The notes beneath the pieces were generated by a model that saw nothing but the letters and a program-made list of their open reading frames with translations, was not told the DNA's origin and made no database searches. A stretch of DNA of 64,000 nucleotides from Kudoa neothunni. Lineage: Eukaryota; Animalia; Cnidaria. A program made the translations under genes and the position numbers. Location of the stretch: assembly GCA_964304625.1 (NCBI GenBank), contig OZ199838.1, positions 7,582,035 to 7,646,034 on the forward strand, read 5' to 3'. This document shows, piece by piece, positions 24,365 to 38,052 of the stretch (positions are counted from its first letter, which is position 1; every line of letters starts with the position of its first letter).

Positions 24365-27300
24365 TTAAGAGAATTTGATGACAGGAAATACCGGATTTTT
24401 GGAAAAGTCTAAATGGACACTCTAACGAATAGCATGATCAAAACTAAAACAAATAAAATAAACAGAAAACCTTATGAGACGAGGAATTGATAATGGATTC
24501 GAATAAATTGGCGGAAATGCAGTTCATTTTGCACACAGTGCTTAGATTAGGGGTGGCAATATCGAAGGAATTGAGTGAAACTTTAGAGCATTGATCTACG
24601 CAAGCAAGCAAGTCATCTTTTATGATTGTGAGCATATCCTTTTCCTTAAAAAATAAAAAAAGTTCAGGTTACGTTGAATACTTTGGCATCCAAGTTTTGA
24701 GGGGTAGGGTACATTACATCGAAATCTAAACAAAAGGGAGCGTCCAATTGATTTCCATCAAGAAACGAAGCCAATCTGAGATTGATGATATCCTTTTGCA
24801 AATAATTAGTAGGTGTTTTATCATGAGACTACTTTAAATGTATTGTATCGGCATTTAGGGAATAAAATGAATTTTTTATATAAGCACAGCAGAATAAACT
24901 AAAAATAATAATTTGAATAAAAAATTAATTAAGTTGTTACATTGCATAAAACATCTGAAATTTTCTGATGGATAATATTTTTTGGTTCGCAAAATACAAA
25001 TGGATAACGAGAAGGGTCTAATTTTGAGGGGGCTAATTAAAAATGACGTAAGAACGGATTTTAGTCTAAAAACCATTTGTGAATATTAATTTTAACTTCT
25101 GACCGTATAGAAGGGACTCCCGACAACAAATGCTAATGCACCTACAAGATTAAAAGAATCAAATTTTACTAACAGCCAAATAATTACTTAAAAACATAAG
25201 GGTATTCATAAGACGATAAAATCCCACAACCGATTGATTTCAGAAGGAACGTTTTACAAATTTTGAAATAGAAACAACGAAAAATAACAGTCAACAAAGA
25301 AGTCAACTCACACTAACATACAGCACTATATACTAAAAATAAACATATACGAAAACTACCTTTTTTTCGGGAACCTTTGTAAGCTATAAGAAAAATAAAA
25401 AATTATAGTTTAAAGAAAAGATTACATATTTTTCAATCAATCGGCATTGATTTAAAGCGGTGCTAAAACTTAGTTCAAGAGCAGCTGGTGTCAATGTGGG
25501 AATTAGCATGACAATATTTCGGAAAAACTACAATACAATACAATTCGAATCGTTTAATCCCCTAATCAAACATTCATTTACGATAGATATTTCATCCCAA
25601 AAAATGTTGTGAGTTTCTGGAAAATGAGATTCAATTGTTTCATCGATCTTATTGTGGTTCGCCAAATTGGAATGATACTTCAGAAGAGATTTTTTTAAAA
25701 GATTTTGCGATATCTCACGTTCATTGTCAAAAAAATGGTTGTAACAATACTAAAAATGACGTTTATTTTTTGCACGACAGCGCAACGCTAATAACATGTA
25801 GGATGACAGTCGATAAAGGAGGCTGATTACGAACTACAATATCCAAAATGCTGGTCTAGGATAAGCAATAAAGCATACAAATACAAAAATTGATTGAAAT
25901 GTCGAATTACGATAAAAACTTCGGCATCATCAGTGGCGATATGTTCAATACAGTGTATTACGTCGGTTAACGCTTTCATTAGGTATTGCATAGCCTTAAA
26001 AAGTCAGAGTGGTAGTGGTATTGACTACACCAAAATGAAACAATGCCCATACACAATAACAGTTACGTTCGACTTAGAAAATTTTATTTCAATAATATAA
26101 GAATCAATTATACGAAAAAGTTATGTTAATTATCTAGTGGTTTGGATTATTTCAATAAAAATATTACCAAATAAAAATGGGGAAAACAAAGATTAACAAT
26201 AGCGGTAGATAGGTAAAATTTTTTAAATTATAATACCTGACTTATTGAAAAGAAATTCCAACATTACTTACACTTAACATTAAAACCTCTTATTCCGTCA
26301 TATGATCTTATTCCTTTACATCAGGGGTCGGCAACCTTTTTTAATGACGGGCCGAACAAACATACCCTAACTCTAATGCGGGGCCCGTATTAAAATTTTT
26401 CTACTAAAATGTTAAATTATTCTTAATTCAAATTTTGAAATTAAATATATAAATAAGAATTTATAAAAGTCATTCAAACCATAAAATTAAAAATATTAAT
26501 TTCAAATAATTTTCACTTGCAGTGTAATCAACTCCTGCTAAACTTGTGAATGAGCGATTTATTGGACCAGGCCAAATAACATGAAATGTATTTATATACC
26601 CTTTTTAAAAATATTTTATATTTTTATTGAAATAATTTTAACGTTCTTTTAGTGGCCATATTTATTGGGTTTCTGATTTAATGGGATTGAATTTTACTCG
26701 ATTAAAATGTTTACATCGACAACATATAAACAATCAGTAAAACGGTCTAGATAACTTAGAAAGTATTTAGGTACTTTAGATACTAAGAAAAAGTGTTATG
26801 CAAATCAATGCATGACGAGGCGGATAGAAATAACTAAAGAGCCGTAGGTTGTCGATCCCTGATTTACATGACTCTATTCTTTTACATGAGACGGGCTTAT
26901 AAAATTTTAAAAAGAGCCGAATTGGTAAAATCCTTAGTTGGATGCACATAAAGGAACGACGGTAGGTTAAATCCTTTATTTTTTAGACACATTATCATTA
27001 AGAAGATTATTATCCATAAAATTAATCAAAGAAAATATTAACATTGCAAATTATAAAAATTGTATTTTACTTTTACAGCTGGTTTTATCAAAAAAAGACT
27101 CAAATATGAGTTAATTATTCATACAAAATTAGATTAAATTTTGAAATAAACACAAAAATTAATGAAAAACTATTTATATAAGATTTTTGACGTTAACAAA
27201 TTAAAATTACTTCTTTTCGAGTAGGAATAAAAACTTGCTGATAATTTTCTTGAACGGAACGAAACACAATATTTGAGTCAAAACCATACGTGTAGAAACC

Positions 27301-28494
27301 TAAATGACTATTGATTATGTCTAACTTGGTGGATCATAAACCATTTTTATTGTCTGTTTCTAAAGATCCTATCCGAATTGTTTTATCAATAAGAACTAAA
27401 TATCTTTTTGCGTGAGTAAGATAAGTTTTTAATATATTTATATTGAGCGGCCCCTAAAAAATTTTAGAACGAACTTCCACCATACATAACTTACTCTGCT
27501 TAATAGCTGTTCATTAAACACGAACAGAATGTTACATAAAATGTCAATTAACTTTAGTCGAATATAGATAGCTTCTTTTTCAGGAATTGAACACTTTTCT
27601 AGAATTATTTGTATACCGAGATTTTCTAGATAATTTTTATAGTTTTCAATGGATCGTATCACAGATATATTATGAAACCTTTAGTGTGAAAACCTAAACT
27701 AAGGTTTTCTGTGTGAATTAAGTGGTAAGTATTGGATAGATTCAGCTAAAATACATTTACATTCGATCAAAAATAATACATCATTGTTACATTTCCATTT
27801 AAATATCCCTCTGACATCAAATTATTATACAGAAAACAAAACGTTACAAAGTCAAAAATAAAATTCTAAAATCAAATAGAGTAATCTTAACAAACTGCTT
27901 CAATCAACACAGCTATTATTACTTTTAGGTAAACATTGTCCGTCAATAAAAAATCATGAATATAGTAACATCTCATCACACTTTGATAATAACTTTCACC
28001 CTGAATCCATGCAGTCTTGAAATATATTAATTATACTATGATAAGAATCACCACATACCAAACAACAGAATAACTCATCCATTATAGCAATCAAGTCAGC
28101 ATACGCAAAATCGCAAGTTTTAATTATTTTTTTCTGATATTAAATGATCAATACCATATTACGCATGCAATAAAAACATACTCCTTTGGCTTCTTCAAGC
28201 GTATGAGCTAAAGCGTTCTTTCCGAAAATCTCATATGCATCCGTTTTATTTTGCATTGCCATAAAAGTGTACACAGAAGCCTTTTCGATGTTCCTAATTA
28301 ATATTTGTACAACAAATATTATCATCAAAGGAAATATTTACTTATTGGCATATATAACATGCTCAAAATCCAGCTCTATAACGCGTCATAGTCAAAACTT
28401 AGATTAAAAGACATTAACTTTCACAATCGCTTTTGAAGTTCAATGTTACATCAGTCCAATCAATTTTATTATCATCAGTGTCCCCCTCAATCAT
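24365..28494 (-). CDS. NAA35: N-alpha-acetyltransferase 35, NatC auxiliary subunit (Mak10), about 20 exons
   Basis: Spliced translation gives WTDVTLNFKSDCEKL, DLIAIMDELFCCLTAWIQGESYYQSVMRCYYIH, GFDSNIVFR...IPTRKE|AMQYL and the C-terminus LDFSKNPVFPVIKFS*. These correspond to the NAA35 motifs [32 protein letters not shown] and FDFSAHKYFPVVKL. One 1216-nt intron (25995-27210). Confidence 0.85.
26322..26861. mobile_element. hAT-type MITE in a NAA35 intron
   Basis: TIRs CAGGGGTCGGCAACCT and AGGTTGTCGATCCCTG. 8-bp TSD ctttacat / atttacat with central TA. Confidence 0.88.
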
Positions 28495-28721
28495 GACTAC
28501 AAATGTGCCACAACCAGCCGAACAAACCTAATTGTGAGGGATTAACCGAAATCAACATATAAAGCGGTGGAAATGTTCCGATTTTTTCACTTTAAAACTA
28601 TAAAATAAACTAATATTTAAAACTATAATTTAAAATTATTTTTTAATATGTTTGGTCAGATACTTGCAAGATAATTTGGATAAAAAATCACGTAGCGCGT
28701 GCGCGTGACATACACACTTAA

Positions 28722-30395
28722 CCCTCGTACACACGTTGGGGGTCAAAAATGGGCCCAGCCTCTTTTATCAGCGATTTTCTTAAAATCTCCCTTATAGAAT
28801 TTTAAGAAATATTTCCTAATTTATTTTATTATTGTATTAATTTAAAATAGTTACTGAACTAATAATAAAATAATTTTTAAACATTAGGAAATCGTCGAAA
28901 CATTAAAACTTCCGTTCCCCATCCTTTATTGGAAAATCTATGATAATTAATCTCTTAATTCTATGTATAATACTAAATAAAACTATTAAATATTTATTTA
29001 ATTTTAAGAATAAGTAAAATAATTTTGAAGAAGAGATAAATCTATGAGTTTTTAATGCGTCACGCGATCATATAGATTTAAAATCAGCTGAACGTTAGTC
29101 TGTTTTTGAGATGGAAAGAGACGAACATGAAATTCTATTGGATGACACTGATTCTAAGTTTAGCGACTATTTAACAGACAATCCTACACCAGATTATGAT
29201 GATTCGGATGATGGAGCAGAATTTGGCACTGAATTGATTGCCACGTTGACTTCGAAAGATGGAGAAAAGTAGTCTAAACATCCAACAAGATACCAACGAA
29301 GAACTGAAGCGGAAAATATTTTTAAATGCCAACCAGGTTTCAAACCGCATGGGCTAAAACGATCGGATACCCCATTCATGGCATTTTTGAACTTTCTTGA
29401 TAACGAAATCCTAGATTTGATTGTTGAATGCACCATTCGTTATATAAAAAACCATGGATCAAAATTAACTATGATTATCAAAGATGATCTAATGAAATAT
29501 ATTGGTGGCCGCATAATGATTGGTTTAATGAAGGGTAAAAACATGGATATTCGTGAATTCTGGTCATCAAAGTTTGGTCAACCTACAATAAATCAGTCAG
29601 TCAGTCAGTCTTAGTTAATTTATTTGAAAAAATATCTTCGTGTATGCGGTTTGATAAAAGAGAATCCAGAATACAAGATGACGAATTGACCCCCCATAAG
29701 AGAAGTTTATGAACGCTTCATTGGAAATTGTCGAAAAATTATACACCAAATGATCAAATGATCGTTGATGAGAAACTGGTGACATTTAGAGGGAGATGTG
29801 GTTTCAAAATGTACATTCCAACTAAACTCGGACGGTATGGTGTTAAAATATGGGCTTTGTGCGACTCAAAGAATGCCTACGTGTTCAATGCAAAGATATA
29901 TCTTGGAAAAGAAAATGGCGAAATACAGTTTAATTAAGGGGAAAATGTTGTGAAAACTTTATGTGAACCGATTTTTAAATCCGGTCGAAATATCACAACA
30001 GATAATTTTTTCACTACTCTTTCCCTTGCAACATTTCTACTTAACCAAAAATTGACAATTGTAGGAGCTGTTCGAAAAAATAAAACATTTTTGATACCAG
30101 GGTTTCAAATGTCGAAAGGAAATGAAGATAATAGTCAGCTCCTGTTTCAAGATAAGGTCACACTCGTCAAATACAACCCTAAGAAAAACAGAGCGGTTGT
30201 CTTGTTGTCAACATTCCACAGAGATGCGAATATTGCTGAAGAAAGTCAAAAACCTGAAATTATATCTTACTATAATTCTAAAAATAACGGGGTTGATACT
30301 CTTGATCACGTATTAAGATATTTTTCAGTAAAAAGAAAAACACGAAGGTGGCCAATGGCTCTTTTCTATAATTTGTTAGACATCGCTGCATATAA
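28722..30395 (+). mobile_element. piggyBac (PGBD4-like) copy A, 3' truncated, defective
   Basis: TTAA^CCCTCGTACACAC. Motifs IVDEKLVTFRGRC, NITTDNFFT, GVDTLD, RRWPMALFYNLLDIAAY. Similarity to copy B stops at 30395. Confidence 0.92.
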
Positions 30396-30775
30396 ATGTG
30401 TAGGGTAGGATTCGAAAATTGGCAATCAACTAGGAACCCATAAATTCAACAATTCGTGGATCATTAATTTCTATTACATCAAACGGTCCAAAAAATAAAT
30501 CCTGAAGAATTCTTAGAATTCGAGTACAATTGACGGAAATTATCGTCAAAATTGAACTCGTTAGACTACAAGACTAAGTTTTAACAAAAATTTGAGAAAT
30601 TTTCACACAAAATTATTTCTGAAATAGTGTCAAGAAAATTATCAATATCTAAGTTAATTAATGAAAAAGTTTTTGAACTAATAATAAGAAGAAAGAAGTT
30701 ATATTTACAACTTTTTAAATTGTACAGCGCAAAAACCGAAGACAAATTTGCAATGAATCAAAAAATTACAAGTTT

Positions 30776-32359
30776 TTACCAATCTAATTCACCTATAGCT
30801 TTACGAAATACAACATCTATGCCGTTTAGGGTGGCAATTCCATTTTTTAGCTCAACCTTCCATTTTCCCTTTACTTTTGAAATCTAATTGATGATCATTA
30901 TCAATTTATTAAAATCATATAACAGTTGAGATATAAAATTGTGTAATAAGACACAAGAGGAGGATAACTACCCTGTCGTACTGACAAATGACAATATTTT
31001 CATGTTCAGCAGTTTCTACTTGATTATCGTCCGAAATATCATCTCCGGAGTTTAGAGGCTCCTCCTCACCTACCGGTTCTTTCGGTGTATCGTCATTCCC
31101 AATGATACCTTTTATATCGAGGCCACCAAACTCAAGCGCACCTCCTTTAGATGTGATTGATTTAATCTGTTGTTCTATTTCATCATCGGAAACATCTTCA
31201 TCGTCATCGACTTTATACGCAACATTTTCTTCGTCCTCGTCTTCATTGGACATACTAACGTCATCGTCGTCGTCTTCCTCCTCTTCTTCTTGTTCGTTTG
31301 AATGGGTTTCATTTTCGTCAAAATTATAAAAATCATGATTCCCATCCAACTGATATTGATCAAAATCATCATCTTCATTTTCAGGTTTGTAAGTGGTCTC
31401 GGTAATGGTTGGAATGGCAACATTCTGAATCTGGGAAAAATACTTTAATTCAAAATTATATAATTTTACTCACTTACCGATGGATTAGGTATTTCGTTAG
31501 ACGAAATTGTATTCAGAGTGGTGGCTGGTTTTCTCTCTAAATAAATAAAATTATTTCATATTGTTATACGGAAAAGTTATCATATCTTATATCTAGTAAA
31601 TTGGGGAAGTAGAAGACATTTCACAATAATAATAATAATTATTATTATTATTAACACAAATAAAAACTTTAATCAAAACATAAAAAAATAGATAAATTAC
31701 CCATTAAAAAGTTACGATCAACAGTACTAACCAGATTATAGTCAGCAGGGGGAGGCAATGTTCCTACTACAGGAAGTTGATGATTCATAAGTTGACGTAG
31801 CACGATGGTCGCTGTTGTTGCCGGTATGCTCTATTCAAAACACAAACAAGTAACAATATGAGAAAATCTGAACATATAAACTACGAGAAGACGTTTTTCT
31901 CCTCCACTATTATTAGCAATTACGTTTGTTTGAGGATGATCATTAATTAGGGGTCCTTTAGTCAAATGATCAACGTAAATGATGATTAACTATTGGACAT
32001 ACTTCTAATTTGGGATAATGGCAAATGGTGGCTGGCTAAGTCCTCATTTTTTAATAGAGTAGGCTCAGCCACCTGTGTAATTCGTTCTCGAACTCCAGCC
32101 GACATATCCACTCTCTTACGCCATATCTAAACAAACAACGCAATAATACGTGTTTTGGAGTAGCTCGAATAACTAACTGTGGCCAATCGACGCACAGAAT
32201 CCTCATCCAAATCAACTGTGGGATCATTTCTAACTTTTTCGATTACCAAATCAATTACTTTGGAGTAAAATTTATGCTTTGAGATATATACTGTTTTATC
32301 AGAAAATATAATCTTACCTGGGGTGTTTGTTCTTTAGTTTTTGGATCATTAAAAACCAT
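30776..32359 (-). CDS. GTF2A1: Transcription initiation factor IIA large subunit (alpha/beta precursor), multi-exon
   Basis: N-terminal FYSKVIDLVIEKVR...LATIWRKRV, QLDG taspase-type site, an acidic tract, EEPLNSGDDISD, NIVICQYDR|ISKVKGKWKVELKNGI...FRKAIGELDW*. Confidence 0.93.
31625..31652. repeat. (AAT)n(ATT)n palindromic microsatellite in a TFIIA intron
   Basis: aataataataataattattattattatt. Confidence 0.8.
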
Positions 32360-33872
32360 CCGGCCTCAGAATATTAAAAGGGAAAGATGCGTGCGCTTTT
32401 TATTTATATAGTTCAATGACGAAATAAACATTTATCTATCATTCCCTTTGAAGTGTGATTAACTGAAAGTAAAAAGATAATTTTATAGCCATGCTCATTT
32501 TATTTCAACATAAGTATCACAACAAATGTATTCGATTTTTACAGTATATGAACAATCCAACTTTGACATATTTTCACTTAAGTAAGATAATCGAGAAAGT
32601 AATTCATTTTGGATAATTATTCTAAAAGTGCAATTTTTTATACACTTTTAGGTAAATTTTTGATTTATGAGTAACAATTTTAGCCATTACGTTGTTATGA
32701 GATATGTATTTTTCTTATTATGAGAATTTATAGAAAGAAATACTTTTATATTAAAAAACGTACATACAAAATAAAACCGGATGTATGGGAAATGCTGTAA
32801 TATTTAAACGACCGCTAACCGAAAATTTACGAGTTTTAAAGATATTGCTAATGTCCTCGTTGGGTCTTTTGGGCCGTAAAATTTGTAGACTTCCACCTAC
32901 TAATATGATCAATGGAAAACAATTTGTGAGATTCAAATCTAGAAAGGAAAAATATCCAACATGTAATTAATATTTTTCTGCGCATTTTTTGACCTAAATT
33001 TTAGTAATGATAGATGATCTATACATTAAATCATTTAAAGTGTAAGTTGCATTAGCTCTATTAGATGTCGAATTTTTTTAGGGGAAAATTTGTCCTGTTT
33101 TTTTCTGATTTTATCATATTATATGAAGCTTACCTCAATTATGGTAATAAGATGTTTGTCGTCAGTCGTTTTATTTTTTGTAGAATCTTGCAAATGGGTA
33201 TATAACAAAGATAGATTTGATGTTGAGGGTTTAAAAAAGTTACCATAACCTATAATACTTTGTTGACTTTCTTTTTATTCTTTTCTTTTTATCTTCTTCA
33301 TTGAAATGTTTAAGCAGTGGCTAGTCTTATTCGAAGTGTGCCTTAAAAGTAATATCATTGATACATTTCGTTGCATGAAGTCAGGGTAAAAGTTTTGCCT
33401 TGTTTTAGTTTGTATTTGAGCTCTGTAATTTCGTCGAGTAACTTTTAGCTCAGATGTTAAGCTCAATGAGTCTACAAATTTAAAAAAATAGATCTAACAT
33501 GTTGAATGCTTTGAGTATTTTTTTACGTATAAATCATATATTTGAGTTTGAGTTAACAGGGTTTTTGATTTATAAGACGCTAAGTTTCTTCAGACTTTTT
33601 GTCGTCATATCTACTTATTTTCTTAAATGATATTGCAAGCGTGATAGTTATATATTTAAAACTCTTCAATATATTAGAATTAAAACTTATTGTAAAAATA
33701 TTGTAGATGTTGAATCTGATTGAGTTGAGCCAGGGGTGTACAGACCGCGGGCCTAATCCTGCCCTCAATGAGCTTTTTTGTGACCAACGATGAACCCTTA
33801 TTAACTTCAGATTAATGGTGTACTTTTTAATGAAGCTACTAAACAGATTTATTGGAGTTTTTTGTTTTGTGC

Positions 33873-34704
33873 TAGGGGTGGCCCGGCTTGCCCAGATCGG
33901 GAGCCAACTTTATGGTTGACCAGATTTTCAAGAGCCACAAGGCTTTAAAATCATCTATGTATCTTTTCCTTATTTAAAACTTACATTATTGGAGTATTTT
34001 TGGTAAATCTTAAAATAAAATGTTGTAGAATTATAAATATAGGTTTTTTAATTTTTTCTTATTCAGCGAATCGCTGAAAAACTTACATATAATTTTTAAA
34101 GGCATAATTTATGATGGTTTTTCCAACAAAGTAAATTTGTATTTATGATCCAAGAAGCTTTTTTCTATGAAAATGGTCGCAAAAATAAAATATTTTTCGT
34201 ATCTAATCATGTATGATAGTCCGACAACAAATAAAATTAAAAATTCCCGAATAAAATAATAACAAGGATTTAATGCTTTCGAAATATTTTTTTTAGAAAT
34301 TGTCTCAGGTTTTTTATGTTTCGACATTATCAGTGAGCTGGCAGTAATCCGTTTCGTATGATGTTAACATTGTTCAAATTAGTTCCGACAGGTGTTCGTT
34401 TGTGAGAAAGGGATCCGCGATGCCTCTATTTTACAAACTTCATCGTTGAATAAATAGACTCACAACAATAAGTTGTTCCAAAGATAAAAAACAAATTTGA
34501 GACAAATTTCTTTTCATTGTGAATATTTAGTTTCTAGAACGTATTTTCTAGTTTATGATTAAAGATTTCATTTCCTCACTTGATTAAACAGTTTAAACTT
34601 CGTACTTTTCTGAATTAATATGCTGATTCAATTAAAAAAATTCAACTAAAAACTTTTTTTCAAGAGCCACATGTAATTCATGAGCCATGGTTTGGTCATC
34701 CCTG
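33873..34704 (-). mobile_element. Deleted hAT element (GTF2IRD2-like remnant)
   Basis: Ends TAGGGGTGGCC and GGTCATCCCTG. Flanks ttttgtgc / ttatatgc (6/8). GAGCCAC subterminal motifs. Remnant GTTYCCESIYSTMKFVK near 34430-34480. Confidence 0.7.
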
Positions 34705-35715
34705 TTATATGCGAACCATTAAGAACGAAACATCAAAAAAACTCTCTGAATAGGCAAAAAGATTTATCGCTATTAACCATTTCACCATGTGATATAGAAA
34801 AAACGTTTTTTAATCGATGTTCATGTACCAATTTTAATTATTTATTCTTGAGTGTGTATGGACGAGAAGAAAATCATGCAGGTACTGGGCAGATTTATAC
34901 TTTAAAAATTTTCTTGACAATGCTGATCCGAAGTTTCAGTTCAGTTAAAATAGGATTAATAATTAAGTACGTTTTATAAACGATGCGAAATAATAAGGTG
35001 TTTATATTATGCGTAAAAATCAAAGTTTTCAAAAGGTCTTTATAAGAAAAATAAATAAAACGTAAAAAAATTGGCGCGAAAGATAAACATCCGTTAGAGC
35101 TGATAATGAGCACATATTAATGGAACATTTAAACTGCATTTCACATATGGGCATACAACCATTTTGCTCACCCAAGGTATACCTCATATTTATTTCAGCT
35201 TATTTTTATTTTATTTCCAAGCTAAAATGACTGAGATTCGAAAAAAAAATTTATGATGAGAATAGAAAACTTAATGACGCCTGGACACAAAAATATTTTT
35301 TTATTCGGCAGGGGCCAAATATTATTTGTTTGCTATATCATTGGTTATTCAATTTAAAACATTTTGTAAACTTATTATTTATGAATTATTTTAATATTGC
35401 GTTTCAAAATTTTTAAATTTATTTAAATTGTGAGTTATAACTTTAGTCTTAAAAATGTTAGTCCCTGGAAGTTTTCGAAAGTTAAAATTTGGCCTGAGGC
35501 TCCGAAAGTTTGTGAATTATTGAGTTAGTTAAGCAGAACCACCAGTCTATTACTATTAATTCATTCTTAGCACAGCCGTATTGATGTAACGCTGTCGTAA
35601 AATTTACTAAACTCCGGATCCTAAATATATGATCATTTATAAAACGAAGTCATCGCATATTATTGGTGTTAATAGCTATACTTGGATCCATACAAATAGA
35701 GCATTATACAATTAA

Positions 35716-38012
35716 CCCTTTCAACCCGAAAAAAAATTAAAATTGAGAAAAAATATTTCCCATTATATATCATTTCCAGATACAAACTTAAGAAGGAATA
35801 CATTATCTTTTATTTAAAAAGTGTTATAAATAATTACATGATGCCATATGGCATCATTCGGCGCCTCAAATTGTAAGATTGTCACCACGCATGCGTTTAT
35901 ATTAAGCGAATATAAAAACCACTGATTTTATCAAAATAACTTAAAATTTATATTTTAAACAACGAATATGTATTAAGTATGGTATGAAAAAAAAACAATT
36001 TCTGCTAATATTGATATTGAGACAGATGCAAGTTACATTTAATGCAAAAGGTGCTGCGATACATGCCACATAATTTGCACCTTTTTTTTTGTTTGATCCT
36101 TGTCTGGAAAATGAAATTATCTGTGAAAATGAGCGTTAGAGGTTATTCCATTCTCAATAGTTTTATACCTTCTAGCGCCTAAGATTGGAGTACACAAAAT
36201 CTTAGTTGAAGCAGACGGTCGACCTCTCTTTAGGATTAAGCTGATATTTTGACCGAAAAAAGCAAGTCTTCACTTACTTCGATGCAAAACTCTTGTAAAT
36301 CCACCATTTGTTTGGTTTTTACATCGAGCAAGTTACATTGCCCGCGGTAGAGAAGCCATCCATTTAGAAGGCACAGATTTAAATACCAAAAAAATCTTCG
36401 GTTATACCATTTGCATGATTTGTGGTCCAAACGATACAAGACCATTAGCATGTCAAATAAATCAACACCACCCACTTGTTTATTGTACATTTTGACCATG
36501 TGGGGGTAGGTTATTGTTATCATATTCTTTGCTTTTTTGTCGAATCTAGGTATAGAGGAAACGCAGAGTCATGGGTTGACGATATATTAACAATAGACCC
36601 GTCAAGCCACCTTAAAACGTTAATTTTTGTCCCATTCAAATGGTAGATTCCAAACTCGAAACTTCCTCGCTCTAACTTTTTCATATGTTTGTCATCCTTG
36701 AAGGGACATTTATCCATGCGATTTTTTCTGATGGTGGAGGTTGAAAAGTAACTGCGTGTTAACAATTTATCATGTAGACTAAAACTTGAGAAATAATTAT
36801 CAAAATATATATGGTAAGTTTTATCGGGTAGTGTCTCTCAGAGCTTCATCACGACATCAGATGATTTGCTCCCGGCGCTTGTTTGGGGAGTAATTGAAGG
36901 CTCATCGTCAAAAAAGAAATCATGGATTATTCCACCTGCGCTGTTTCTTGTGTAAACTTTGAAACCACATTTCGTATGTTTTGATGGAAAGTAACGTTTT
37001 AAATTTAATTTATTTTTCAATGGAATCATCTATTCTTCAATCGACTGGTTGTACTCAGGTTCGACTTCCAAACGTGTTCGTCTCATTATATTAAGGACGG
37101 GCTTTATTTTATATCTATTGTATCCAGAATGGTCCGGTGATGGTATGGCGTTGTTGTTTTCACAAAAATGAAGATATCGTAGCAGTAGCCCTAACCTATC
37201 TCTGGTCATTCGCTCGGCTATAGTATTGTAGCTCAGCTTTTTCGACCAATAATTTTTGTACCTTGGCATTTTTACAATTGACATACGTATGAAAATCTCG
37301 ATGAGTAAACGAATTTCTTCAACCGTTGTTTTAAATGTTGAACTTAAAACAGAAGAAAATTTATTTGTTTCATCAGTTATCAACTCAAATAGCTCATCAG
37401 TAATGAACCGATTAAAATAAGAATATGGATCCATAATGGTATTGTCAATATCTTTAAACGATAATTCAGATTCACCTAATTATGGCATTTCGATGAACTC
37501 ATTAAAAATCCATCTTGTCTTTGAGACAGTCTCTTCTGAGTTACTTTCGTTTTCAGACAAGGAGCAGTCACTCGAAGAAATATTGTTTTCATCATTATCA
37601 GATTGATTTTCGGCATCAGACTTGTCAGGGTCTGGAAACAGCATCAATTGTTTTACTACTCTACCTGATTTTGTTTTTTTCACGACAAAATTGGCATCCA
37701 TCACCAATCTTCACCAGATATCGTATGCGTTTCGAATCTGCTATACACCATTATTTTTAAAATAAAAAAAATAGATTCGTTATTTCCGTAAATATTGATA
37801 CAATAATCCATTATTTGTTAACGTCGTTCACGCATTTTGTTTCCTATTTTGTAATAAATAAACAACAGATAATTCTAAATTTTTAAATTTATTTCATAAA
37901 GCATGTGTTATATTTTTATACAACGATAGATTGAAACTATACATACAAAAATGGAATAGATATTCCGACATCAATCCCATGATGTCATATGGCATCATTC
38001 GGGTCGAAAGGG
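35716..38012 (-). mobile_element. piggyBac (PGBD3-like) full-length element, defective
   Basis: TTAA^CCCTTTCAACCCGAA ... TTCGGGTCGAAAGGG^TTAA. Subterminal palindrome ATGATG(C/T)CATATGGCATCAT at both ends. Fragmented ORFs with IYFDNYFSS, YNKQVGGVDLFD and a Cys-rich tail. Confidence 0.93.
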
Positions 38013-38052
38013 TTAATATTGAAATGACAAAACTATCAAATATTTTTATTAA

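Noticed and set aside
24365-25509. Separate hypothetical gene starting MLIPTLTP
   Set aside because: The upstream exons splice in frame and the C-terminus matches NAA35, so this is the 3' part of that gene.
28495-28558. ATG 28558 as the NAA35 start
   Set aside because: It is out of frame and reaches TGA. ATG 28494 gives the conserved N-terminus.
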